This document shows positions 1-12,500 of a DNA stretch of 64,000 nt, one piece after another. This stretch comes from Phoronis australis (Eukaryota; Animalia; Phoronida), in assembly GCA_002633005.1 (NCBI GenBank), contig NMRA01000480.1, forward strand, positions 126,941 through 190,940, in the 5' to 3' direction. Made by a program: the position numbers and the translations under genes. The notes under the pieces are model-generated. The model saw only the letters and a program-made list of their open reading frames with translations. It searched no databases and was not told where the DNA came from. The first letter of the stretch is position 1, and each line of letters begins with the position of its first letter.

Positions 1-1659
1 ATACATTGGCCATTTTCAGCCTGAACAAAAATTCTTACCATTCGAGGCTGAAATATCTAAGACGTAGACTGCTTGACGATAGTGGCTAGGAGATTCACGC
101 AGCTAGTTACAGGGATGGGCTTAGGGAGCATCGAGCTGGGAAATATGGGAATAGACTTGACATAGCAGTTTTGGGGAACATTAGCAACGGAGGAATATCG
201 TAAAGAACTGGGTCTTTCGTAACAACAGCTTAAAAGTACATAGTCACGCCCGTTTTTGTTACTTCGGACTGTCGCTATTTGTGACTGATTTGTAGTGGTG
301 CACTGTAATAGATTATGTATTACGACCGCTAGATGGCGTGTTGTTTGATGTACACTCTCCTCTGTCTGAAAAATAGATATGAAGTGACCTCCTAAAAAGG
401 TGGCTGTTGTGTGTCTTATAAGAACGGACTCGAATCGAATCGGGAATCATCAACATTAACATGCACGTGCGCAAGTTCCCACACTTTGGAGTGCATGTTA
501 CCTTGACACCAACATGTGATTGACAGGTGACTCACACGTAGGCCCTTCGTGCGTGCTGACTACCGCCACTATGTTTGGCCATAAAAAACGAGATGCATAT
601 TGAAAGAGGCAGTTATATTACTTGACGGCATTTCCAAGTCACGATTGCCCGCCGACTGAGACATTGCGCGCTAACAGCGGGACCGAACAGTGCCGCAGTG
701 CGATATTACAAGTAATATAAATAGGATAATCTGGACATCTTGCATGAAAAATAAATGTTTTTCCACCTCGAAGTTTGGTAAGGTGATCGTTTAGAATAAT
801 GAATTGAAACATTGCTGTTTTCTGACATTTTGTAACATTTTATGCAGTTGCATGAAATTTTATTCTTGATCGACGACTAGCTCGACCACCCCCGATCCTT
901 GTCTTACTTCTTTGCATAGCATGTTTGGCGCAACGGCAAGAGAGCAATGCCGGGTTGTTGAGATAAGACAGCTAGCCGCAGAACCATACGCTGAAAATGT
1001 CATTGAGTCACGGAGTGTCGACTATAACATCCCAAACACAAAAAACAGCAGAGTTAAGTTTTTCAAACTTTTATTTCAACCAATTTTAAAACTGCTGTCT
1101 GACTCAGAACTTGACAGCTACATATAGTACGAGACTGTAACCATAAATTTGATGTCTGACCTCTGCAACACGTGAAGCTTGCACGCGCGCACTTAAGCAG
1201 GGTCACATCTTGAAACAGTTTTAATTCTAGTGGAGGCTGCGTGGTCACTGGTCGTCTGCGTACGGCAAGTCGGCACGCGGCTATTACTCAGCAATTTTGT
1301 AAATTTAATAGTGAATGACTAATCTGAGGGCAAGAGAACCTTTGTTGGGATCATCCGCTGTTATGACGTTTTCACAGTCATTTGGCGACGTGACGATAAA
1401 ACTCTTTGAAAAGGGCTACGCGCTCCGAGTATGATTGTCGTGTCGGGATTTAGATCGCCAGGTAAGATTAACCACGCAGGGCGGTTGTCTGTCGTAATAA
1501 GCGCCCATGATTGGTTAACCGCCCACGATCGGTTAACCGCCCATCCCCTACTTAAGGTGGATTTTCGATTTAACCGCCCACTGCTCGGTTAACCGCCCTC
1601 CCCCGATTTTTTGGATTCGCCAATTTAACCGCCCAGGGCATTAACACGAACGATTACGG
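1..1659 (+). mobile_element. Non-autonomous TA-TSD DNA transposon (Tc1/mariner-pogo-like, CCGTA termini), copy A; left end outside the window
   Basis: Ends ...aacacgaacgattacgg followed by TA; subterminal ttaaccgccc repeats; 470-1660 is co-linear with 24765-25983. Confidence 0.85.
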
Positions 1660-1694
1660 TACAACTAAAAATACTGTCAGACCATATTCTGACA
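1660..1694 (-). mobile_element. First 35 bp of a Gypsy LTR of the same family as 27407-28178, interrupted by copy A
   Basis: Reverse complement reads tgtcagaatatggtctgacagtatttttagttgta, matching the LTR start at 27407 with one mismatch. Confidence 0.85.
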
Positions 1695-1699
1695 GATGA

Positions 1700-3605
1700 A
1701 GCCCCTGTTATTCGGGTAACCGGCACCCATGGTTTTTGCGGGACTTTGCGCTTGGCGTAACGAACTGTAAGTCACATTGGCGACCTGAAATTTGGAAACC
1801 CGAGCCGAGATTATGATGGTTTTGTATCAAGTCGCAACATGCTGCCTGGAAATTCCCAGGTACGCGAGCCGGGTTTTTGGCGTAGGTACCTGGCAAACAT
1901 AAAGCAACTCGTGTGAATCCGGCCTTTAGGTGTTGCCAAGTTAAGCTGAACACCTCGACAACAAACAGCCCTCTCATTGACTTGTAAACATATCGCGTGA
2001 ACATGGCGGGAATGTAATTCAGAATCTATCTTTGACGTGTTTCATTGGCTAACATTTCGGTTACTTGTGCAATTTTTCGGACACGCCGAAGAAAATTTCG
2101 ACGAACAGCATAAATATGTGATAAACGTCACAAAACAGTGATGTTTCTATTCATTCTTAAACGATCAGCTTACCAAACTTTGTGGTGGAAAAACACATTT
2201 ATTTTACTCGCAATATGTACAGATTATCCTATTATATCACCAACAATGTCGCACTGTGGCATTGGTTGGTCCCACTGTTCACGCGCAATACGCCGGCAGA
2301 CAATCTTGACTTGGAAATGGCGTCAAGTAATATAACGGCTTCTCTTTTTTGTGGCAAGAGACAACGGCTGGCCTCAGTCAGTACGCTCATATGCATGAGT
2401 CACCTGTCAATCACATATGTTGTCAAGGTAACATGCAATCCATAGTGTGGGAACTTACAGGTGTGCACCACTTCACCAAACGAGTAAACCGACGTGACTG
2501 TTTCTGTACTTTTAAGCTGTTGTTATAAAAGACCCACTGTTTTTCGATATTCCTCCGTTCCAATGACCCAAAACTGCGATGTCATGTCTGGTCCAATATT
2601 TCCTGACTCGATGAGGCCATTCCCATAACTAACTGCATGCACATCATTACCACTGCCGCCAATTTTCAGTCAATCTACGTCATAGATATCTTAAACTTGA
2701 ATGGTAAGAATTCTGTTTAGACTCGGTGAAACTGGCCAATTAAGAAACAAAAATATTCGGGAAGCTAAAAAGGGTATGTGGAATACGACAATTCACACAG
2801 TCACACCTAGGCGGGAGTTCTCGCAAGAAATCGTATTACAAAAGCCTCCAGTGACTATGGCGAAATCTGCTAACGCCAGTTTGACTGAGATGCAATAAGC
2901 GAAAAACAACACTTGACTTGCAGTTTTTTTATTACTTCAAGATGATACACAAACATCCTGTAACGTATTGCCAACCTTTGAATTCAGAAATCGTTAACCC
3001 TGTCTCTTCGGTCGCCAAACGTCCTTGATAACCTGGCAATTACATTCATCAAAATAAGGAGAATTTGACATCTTTCCATGAGTTATGGAAATTATTCAAA
3101 ATATGAGAGCTTCCCACCTAAAGCAAATTAGAAAGGATGGCAAAACAACTTCCACATTTCTCTGGCATGATTTTTTCGAATATATGTTTTATCTAGTGCA
3201 CTGCAGATGGAAACTCAGCCCGGTAGACCGCGTCACTAAAAGCGGAGGTATAGATGCCGTCATGGTTCTTACACATGAGAAGAAAATAAAGTGACAAAAA
3301 GGTTCAAATATTATATTTTGAAGTAAATCCATGACCCTGGACAATAATTCGTTACTTGTACTATAATTCACATGGCCAAATCGCCGGCTCGGAGGCCATC
3401 GTTGCACTCCTTGTGATCATCATTCAGGGAATCGCGCGTTTCCTTAGCACTGGGCACTAAATCTTCAATCTCTAAGTCGGGTGCTTAAACGAGAGGTGGG
3501 CGCTTAACTGGAAATCTTCAAAAATCGCAGAGGGGAGGTTAACCGAACCCTAAAGTTGGGTATGGGCGGTTAAGTGAACATGAGCGTTAACTCGAACATT
3601 TACGG
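1700..3605 (-). mobile_element. Same CCGTA-ended family, copy B, inverted relative to A and C; left boundary uncertain
   Basis: Ends gcgttaactcgaacatttacgg plus TA; 2110-2740 is the reverse complement of parts of 1-850; 3170-3605 is the reverse complement of 24183-24680. Confidence 0.8.
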
Positions 3606-4488
3606 TATCCTGACCATCTGTTGTTGAATGGTCAACTTGCTTAAGCCATAGAAGTGCTTGATATTGATTTCTGTGCATATCATTCAATGATGTTTTCTTC
3701 TCTTCAATGATGCTTTTAGTGAGCAAGATATCAGTTCAATCAATATTCTTTTTGCCTTATAGCTCCCTTGATTGCAGTGCTAATCACTGGCTCTAGTTAT
3801 ATGGTCTGATTGCCATAGTGTGACTTGGGAATTTAGGGTGAAACTTGCAGGTCTTTTGTACTAGTTGCTATAAAAAGCACAGGCTATATTAGGTACACAT
3901 GTCACTCCATTTTCTATGGTGCTAGCGCACTGCTTGACTATGTCAAACAGATACTACTGTTTTGTTATCTTACCATGGCTGGTTATATCCAGTTTGAACA
4001 TGACTTACAATACTACATTACTTGACCATGAGATGATAAGGTGGGATAAACAAATATCTTACTGGCCCCTACTTGGCAGATTGTTTTGTTGTTTCATGCC
4101 TAAATTGTGAGTAGGGCTATTGGCCTCAATTAAAAATCAGTCCAAGTTCCTTTCCATTTGACTAAAAAATTCCTATCAAATTTAAAAAATGCCTCTCTAG
4201 CTTAGTACCACCTTCAACTCACCAGACCGTCATCATCGGAAGGTTTCATCAATGAGCTATACCAGGTATAGCTCATTGGTTTCATTAAGCGAAAAGTCAG
4301 CACCTCACAGTGGGTCTTTGGTGGCAAGAATAGCATCTAGAATATTTGAACTACAAGTGTTGGGATGATCATGTGGTGTCATGGGATTTCTCAGTTCACT
4401 ACTTGGCTCCCCTAACTTAGGCAAGTCTAAATCCAAGAGAAAAATAGTACATGAAAGCAGGAATAAAGGCCGCAGTTTTGTCTACTAT

Positions 4489-4553
4489 AGGCAGTGAGGG
4501 GGTTGTGGTATATGGCAGTGAGGGGGGTAGTGGTATATGGCAGTGAGGGGTAG
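4489..4553. repeat. G-rich ~24-bp tandem repeat (ggcagtgagggggttgtggtatat), truncated by an assembly N at 4554
   Basis: About 2.5 copies visible before the N. Confidence 0.8.
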
Positions 4554-4554
4554 N

Positions 4555-6621
4555 GCCTGTTTAGTGTTGTTGGGTTAACACTGTGTTATAGGCACATCTT
4601 GCCTGTTTAGTGTTGTTGGGTTAACACTGTGTTATAGGCACATCTTGCCTGTTTAGTGTTGTTGGGTTAACACTGTGTTATAGGCACATCTTGCCTGTTT
4701 AGTGTTGTTGGGTTAACACTGTGTTATAGGCACATCTTGCCTGTTTAGTGTTGTTGGGTTAACACTGTGTTATAGGCACATCTTGCCTGTTTAGTGTTGT
4801 TGGGTTAACACTGTGTTATAGGCACATCTTGCCTGTTTAGTGTTGTTGGGTTAACACTGTGTTATAGGCACATCTTGCCTGTTTAGTGTTGTTGGGTTAA
4901 CACTGTGTTATAGGCACATCTTGCCTGTTTAGTGTTGTTGGGTTAACACTGTGTTATAGGCACATCTTGCCTGTTTAGTGTTGTTGGGTTAACACTGTGT
5001 TATAGGCACATCTTGCCTGTTTAGTGTTGTTGGGTTAACACTGTGTTATAGGCACATCTTGCCTGTTTAGTGTTGTTGGGTTAACACTGTGTTATAGGCA
5101 CATCTTGCCTGTTTAGTGTTGTTGGGTTAACACTGTGTTATAGGCACATCTTGCCTGTTTAGTGTTGTTGGGTTAACACTGTGTTATAGGCACATCTTGC
5201 CTGTTTAGTGTTGTTGGGTTAACACTGTGTTATAGGCACATCTTGCCTGTTTAGTGTTGTTGGGTTAACACTGTGTTATAGGCACATCTTGCCTGTTTAG
5301 TGTTGTTGGGTTAACACTGTGTTATAGGCACATCTTGCCTGTTTAGTGTTGTTGGGTTAACACTGTGTTATAGGCACATCTTGCCTGTTTAGTGTTGTTG
5401 GGTTAACACTGTGTTATAGGCACATCTTGCCTGTTTAGTGTTGTTGGGTTAACACTGTGTTATAGGCACATCTTGCCTGTTTAGTGTTGTTGGGTTAACA
5501 CTGTGTTATAGGCACATCTTGCCTGTTTAGTGTTGTTGGGTTAACACTGTGTTATAGGCACATCTTGCCTGTTTAGTGTTGTTGGGTTAACACTGTGTTA
5601 TAGGCACATCTTGCCTGTTTAGTGTTGTTGGGTTAACACTGTGTTATAGGCACATCTTGCCTGTTTAGTGTTGTTGGGTTAACACTGTGTTATAGGCACA
5701 TCTTGCCTGTTTAGTGTTGTTGGGTTAACACTGTGTTATAGGCACATCTTGCCTGTTTAGTGTTGTTGGGTTAACACTGTGTTATAGGCACATCTTGCCT
5801 GTTTAGTGTTGTTGGGTTAACACTGTGTTATAGGCACATCTTGCCTGTTTAGTGTTGTTGGGTTAACACTGTGTTATAGGCACATCTTGCCTGTTTAGTG
5901 TTGTTGGGTTAACACTGTGTTATAGGCACATCTTGCCTGTTTAGTGTTGTTGGGTTAACACTGTGTTATAGGCACATCTTGCCTGTTTAGTGTTGTTGGG
6001 TTAACACTGTGTTATAGGCACATCTTGCCTGTTTAGTGTTGTTGGGTTAACACTGTGTTATAGGCACATCTTGCCTGTTTAGTGTTGTTGGGTTAACACT
6101 GTGTTATAGGCACATCTTGCCTGTTTAGTGTTGTTGGGTTAACACTGTGTTATAGGCACATCTTGCCTGTTTAGTGTTGTTGGGTTAACACTGTGTTATA
6201 GGCACATCTTGCCTGTTTAGTGTTGTTGGGTTAACACTGTGTTATAGGCACATCTTGCCTGTTTAGTGTTGTTGGGTTAACACTGTGTTATAGGCACATC
6301 TTGCCTGTTTAGTGTTGTTGGGTTAACACTGTGTTATAGGCACATCTTGCCTGTTTAGTGTTGTTGGGTTAACACTGTGTTATAGGCACATCTTGCCTGT
6401 TTAGTGTTGTTGGGTTAACACTGTGTTATAGGCACATCTTGCCTGTTTAGTGTTGTTGGGTTAACACTGTGTTATAGGCACATCTTGCCTGTTTAGTGTT
6501 GTTGGGTTAACACTGTGTTATAGGCACATCTTGCCTGTTTAGTGTTGTTGGGTTAACACTGTGTTATAGGCACATCTTGCCTGTTTAGGGTTGTTGGGTT
6601 AACACTGTGTTATAGGCACAT
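4555..6621. repeat. 46-bp minisatellite, ~45 copies
   Basis: Unit gcctgtttagtgttgttgggttaacactgtgttataggcacatctt, identical except one substitution in the last copy. Confidence 0.98.
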
Positions 6622-7824
6622 TCTAAAAACCATTTGGAATAAAACTGACTTTCATCATGGAAAAGTTATGAGCAACGTCCCTTATATCTTGTAGACTGCG
6701 TTCTTTGTGACTAACACAAATTGTGCATAAAGGCGATAACACTTTAATTGTCTAATGTTGGTCGATTGCTCTAAAATGTTTCCATAGTAACGGTTGATTG
6801 TGTGCTGTTGTGGCTGATGATTAATTTTCTTAGTTTAACTTGTTCATAAGTTGTTCATGAAGGGTTCCATACTGTTAATTCCATCTTATTCTTGTTGTAT
6901 TCTAAGAATATTACAGCCACAGATGTGGCTGATTAAACCGTAAAGTAAGCCTTATGGTTTGGCCTCTAAACAGTCTTCACATATTTAGTGTACAATAAAG
7001 TGAGGTATTTTGGCGAAAAAGTTTCCAGGAAAACCAGGTTGGTTTGTACGGTATTATGTAGATGTCATAAATAGAGAATCCTATACTCGTCTCCGGTTTA
7101 TGACATGGGCAAAACCTCTCGGAAGTTCTTCAAAATCTTGAGTTTTGCCTTAAAAATGATATTTTTTGCTAAAAACTTGATGTGTTCAAAACTTTCAAAC
7201 ACATGACACACGCTTTGTAAAAACATGCTTAATGTAAAGTAAACTCAGTTACTTTTTTGTTGATAGTTTTATTTCAAACTTAACAATTAATTGTAAATTG
7301 CATTCAGCTTTCGTAACTAGTGTTCAAGTTGGAATCTAATAAATAGTCTTTGAAGTTGTAATACCAGAACTTATAAATAATATTTAGCAGGGCTTTCCCA
7401 CGCGTGAGCACTGAATAGATCTTGAGGCAACAAAGCTTGACAGTCTCACCGCATTTCTTGAGTTGGGTTGCGTCACTGTTTCAATTAAAGTCGATATGGA
7501 ATTTGCTGCTGAAGGTGGATCAGTTTTTGAAGTTGTTTGCATGTCCTGACTCGCGTACAGTTGTGACACCAGATTTGTTAAACAAAATCTTGTTACCTTC
7601 ACTGGAAGTCTGGCATTGTTTGGTTGTTGGTGGTATTAGTGGTTTGCAGAGGATGAAATGTAAGGCGTATGCATTTCTACTCGGCACTACTTTGTGATTC
7701 AACCATGTAATTTCAAAAGAATTAGTGTTATCCAGTCCTGTTGTAACACCTTCCAGATGATGTCATAAATTAACATCTGACAGTTCTCTTAATTTGCAGC
7801 AAGTTAATCAGCCTTTGAAAATAG

Positions 7825-7973
7825 AAAACAACATTTTGGCAACAACAACAAAACAACATTTTGGCAACAACAACAAAACAACATTTTGGCAACAACAACA
7901 AAACAACATTTTGGCAACAACAACAAAACAACAACAAAACAACATTTTGGCAACAACAACAAAACAACATTTT
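7825..7973. repeat. ~25-bp (CAA)-rich minisatellite aaaacaacattttggcaacaacaac
   Basis: About 5-6 copies; explains the low-complexity ORFs at 7770-8073. Confidence 0.9.
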
Positions 7974-9445
7974 GACTATTGTGCTCAATAAAAGTAGAAT
8001 TACAGTGTGCCATTTTTTCACCCATATTTCTAGTCAAGGTTTCATAAAATCCACCATTCTCAAAACCGGCTGAATATCACTTACAAAATTAATTTAATTT
8101 GTTAAAAATGTAATGTTCGAAAAATATTGTGAGACTGCTGATAAAACAGTTGTTTTACTGTTATTTTGTACTTAGTGTTGTAATGTTTACACATTAACTC
8201 AAGTTGTAGTGTGCATCTCTATGTGTCTGCCAACACAACTTGTAGTGTGCATCTCTATGTGTCTGCCAACACCCATTGTGTCAACTAACTGGTGTGTTTA
8301 ACAATATAGCAAAATAAATGGACATGTAACAGGCACCTATACATCATGAGCTGCTGTTTCATAAATTCACATTTCTCATCTTATTTCAACATTCTAACTA
8401 TTGGTCAGTTTCTAAGGTGTGTTTCTTGGAAATTCTTGGCATTTTGTGATTGATTAGTGTAATACATTGGGTTGGTGGTATACATTGTGCATAAAGTATA
8501 TTGGGTTGGTGTCCTGGTATACATGTGCATACAGTTAGCATCTCTCATTGTTCACTGTAAACCCTTTCATACAACTGGAGCATTGGTGTAAACTGAAAAT
8601 TGATTAAACCTTTCAGGTCCGCTTGACTAGTTAGCAGGCGCAGACTTTATCGCAATTTGATGTGTGCTTCATTGAAGTTATCGTAAGATGGCGCTGTAAA
8701 ATCATTGTGCAGGCATCTTGTGTTTAATTTAAATTATGGTTTATCAAATGGTTGAATAATTTATGGAGTGGTGAATTTTTGAAGAAATATTATGTAATGC
8801 CTCAACATGTACATTGTTGACAGCGCCACCTGTCAAAAACTTTGATGACATGGTGATGCTCCATTGTTATGTACACATAGTATTTATTGCCAGATGAACT
8901 TGTGTTCTTAACTTGGATGCAAATGGAAAGTTTGCCATTCACATCGCATTGACATTGCTATAAAGGGCATTTATGATTTTTTCTGAATTCTTTCATAAAA
9001 CTTTGTGATTTACATTATTAGAGTTGGCGCCATTTGTGTAACAAGTACAGAACTTCCTTTGGTATCATATTATCACCATAAACCATTATACTGTCGCAGC
9101 CTATGAGCTTTTACTGAGTGCTTTTCTGGGATGTGTTACCTGCCATGCTTGATGTGTCAGAATACTTTGCCAGCAATGCTCCTTTCTTCTGATTCCAGCG
9201 CCCCCGGTGGTAAGACGGGTGGCCAAAGAACACGCGGCACTAATGCAGGTTCAACCTTACCCACAGATGGACACACATGCAAATAGACACATAAACAGAT
9301 GTGCAGACACACATCCATAGTCACACACTGGCATACTGTCACTAAGAGATCAACAGTCCCCCCCGGGACACAATGGCAGTCCATGCTCCAATGACTGCTG
9401 ATGTACATCAAACAAACCTTGCATCCTTCAATTATATTTCTCCAG

Positions 9446-9578
9446 GCTGAAGGTGCTTCAACTGTCTGATGGGATCGACAACCCCGGAATGGTTAAATGG
9501 GATCTGGCCCTATGTCTTCTACTGGCTTGGATCGTTGTGTACTTCTGCATATGGAAGGGAATTAAAACGTCTGGAAAG
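9446..9578 (+). CDS. SLC6 exon (end of EL2, TM4)
   Basis: tttctccag acceptor; [44 protein letters not shown]; gtgatt donor. Confidence 0.95.
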
Positions 9579-12500
9579 GTGATTTGGGTGACCTGAGCAA
9601 ATGACCGAAGGCACCCCTTTTTCGACACACTCTACCCACACACAAATTCAGAAAAAACATTCGCTTAAAAACGAGGAGATTTGTAGTGGGATGACATCGT
9701 TAGCGTTAACCGTTTGTTTGTCTTGTAGAACCGTGAAGCATCTGCTGGGTGCATGTGTGTATGCTTTGCATCACACACGCTCATCGACAAGCTCAGATGA
9801 TACCTGATTTGGATATAAATTTAACGGATCTTTTTCTTTTCGCAGCAAACTTAGGGAACACAATTTACGTAAAGGCCTCACAAATTGACCCCAAAATCTA
9901 TGCTCAACATTGAGCCTGTTTATCCAAAAACGAACAAAATCTAATGGCCTTTTACATTCGGCTAACATTGTGTACCCAGTTTAAATTTTGATGCATTGCT
10001 TTGTATAATGTATCTTGTTTAATTGATTCTAACCTGTTCTTCTCCTATGAATGGTGTTATTGGTTGCACAAAATGGTTATATGAGAGAGTTGTGTAGTGT
10101 ACACATAATGTTATGTGTACATGATTTATTGATTTATTGATTTATTGATTTAATACAATTGGTCAAAAGTGCTCTGCATATTCATTAATGGTGCAGACTA
10201 AATTACAAATTACTTCTGAAATATGGAACCTCTTCCTTTCTAGCAATTATTTTTGTAGCACTGTTAAGTTTGAGGTATTCTTTTTCTCTTTTACACGAAA
10301 GTTTCCAATATCTTTTGTTTGTGACCATTTTTGGCCAAAACTGTTGGAAAAGCACTCAAATGTAGCAAGTTTAGTGCAAGAAATTGATGGTTATAAACAA
10401 ACTTGTGTTGGAATCGTGTGTAGATGAACTTCGCTGAAACAGATTCTTCACTTCTTGCCAATGTTCATTTTATTTCCGAATATTTGAATTTCTCCTAATA
10501 GTTTGTAACTGACTTTCAAATGATATCGCATGCTTCTGTAGGCATATGTCATTTCTAGGTCCTTGTTGTTAAAGTCATGTACTATAATTAATCTGACATT
10601 CATTGTCTAAATAAGAAACAAAACTCGAAAAATGTTGTTAATTATATATGAGTTACTGATTGCATCTTGCCAGGTCATAGAGAATACTAAATAGATCGGA
10701 ATGTTTTGTTATGTGGACTCTGTAAATACGAATTACCATTTTTATGTGGTTCTCAGTATTATCCACTACCTGGTGGTGATTCCTATGTGGTTCTCGGTAT
10801 TATCCACGTCCTGGTTGCTTTTCATATCTCAATTACTACATAAATGTTTTTTCCTGATTTCGCCACGAAAATGCTCTTATTGTTTCGGCCAAACTGTGTC
10901 TTGCTTGACACCTATCAAGTTTTTGGTAATGCTGACTATCAAATGTGAACCTGTCCTTTGGTTGAACTCCATTTTGTGTAACCCATGGGTCCATTCTCTT
11001 ACACTACATGCTGCCACTAACAGACATTTGTTCTTTATTTCCTAGGTTATGTATTTTACCGCCACATCTCCTTTTATCCTCATGACGGTACTTTTGATTC
11101 GTGGTGCAACCCTGGATGGCGCTATAGAAGGCATTAAGTTCTACATGAAACCCGACTTTGATAAGTTAGGCGATATGCAGGTAAATCTATGGATACTCTA
11201 GTCACGTAGGACCTTGTCAACAGGACTGTGTGTTTTGCCAAATATCTACGAAATGCTAAAAGTTGATTCTTTTGACTAATTGTATTTTGGTAAAAGTTGA
11301 TACTTTTGACTAATTGTATTTTGGTAAAAGTTGATACTTTTGACTAATTGTATTTTGGTAAAAGTTGATACTTTTGACTAATTGTATTTTGGTAAAAGTT
11401 GATTCTTTTGACTAATTCCTAATGTGCCATAAAAAATTCACATGTCCTTGATGTCTCTTAAGTATAGTGATAAGGAGGTTCATATGATCTTCATGTTTTT
11501 TAATTAGTCATAAAGAAGTTCACGTGACCTTTATGTCTTTTAAGTAAAATTTACAAAAAAGAAATGCGTTGCAAAACAAGAGTATCAACAGTATCGCCTG
11601 ATATACTGATATAAATGTTCAAGGTGAAATCTCAAAAACATATTTTTTTAAATATTTCGCTTTTGTTTTGCATCAGCAGTTTATAAATGAAAATCATAAA
11701 AGTGCTCATTTTTGATAGTCCTCATGCAAAAGTGGATACTTTAAAAACTCTAAGAGCACTTTGAAGAACACTACATGAGGCATAGCATGAAAGTTTCATG
11801 TAAATGTGGTCAGCCATTTCAGAGATATATTCTGAAGTTAGCCAAGGGTCCTACATAACCATAAATCTGTAAACCTGCCGTTTTTAAAGTAACTTGTACT
11901 AAGTTTCTCAGAGTATACCGCTAATTGCTTACTGAGATAATTTGTATTACTTCTAGACAGTGATGTACATATGTGTTATACAACGTATGTTATTGTACCA
12001 GTGGTTATTGTATAGAGATATGCAATGTACTTGCATATCACGAATCGAGATATAATAACACACTTGGTACAAATACATACATTTTATAACATATTTATCC
12101 TATTCACCTGGCTGAAGATTGTTTAAAGAAGCGGGCTTACACAGATCACTCTGCTCATTTATTATTTTGTATCAATGATTATCGCTGATTGCGTGACACA
12201 TATACGTGCACGTAATATTTTTATGAATGATTTTTTTACAGCCTGCATGACGGATTTTACAACAGCTACAGGCTTGGGGCGCATATTTGTTATTTTCAGC
12301 ATTTTCATCAGAGTTTGAGCTGAAATCTATTTCTAAGTTAAAGTTTGCTTCCATTTGCGACGTTTTTTTTGACTTTGTTGTTTTCAGGACGCTCTGAATT
12401 TAACAACCTTTCTACCTTATCTCTTTGTGTTCGTATAGTCCCATTCGACAATGTGTGACCTGTAAAATCTACCGTTGTATACCCTAAATAACACTTGTAT

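Noticed and set aside
4555-6621. CRISPR array
   Set aside because: Head-to-tail identical units with no unique spacers, no cas genes, eukaryotic intron context.
7770-8073. Cys-, Gln- or Asn-rich small proteins
   Set aside because: Translations of a CAA-rich minisatellite.
8600-9400. Further minus-strand Helitron/HINE remnants here and at 11575-11850
   Set aside because: Only partial hallmarks (gaca-type microsatellite, aacaagag end, aagtttcat core); boundaries could not be supported.
3610-9440. Upstream SLC6 exons (TM1-TM3, EL2)
   Set aside because: No GNVWRFPY, EFW or similar motifs with splice sites were found; they presumably lie before the window.
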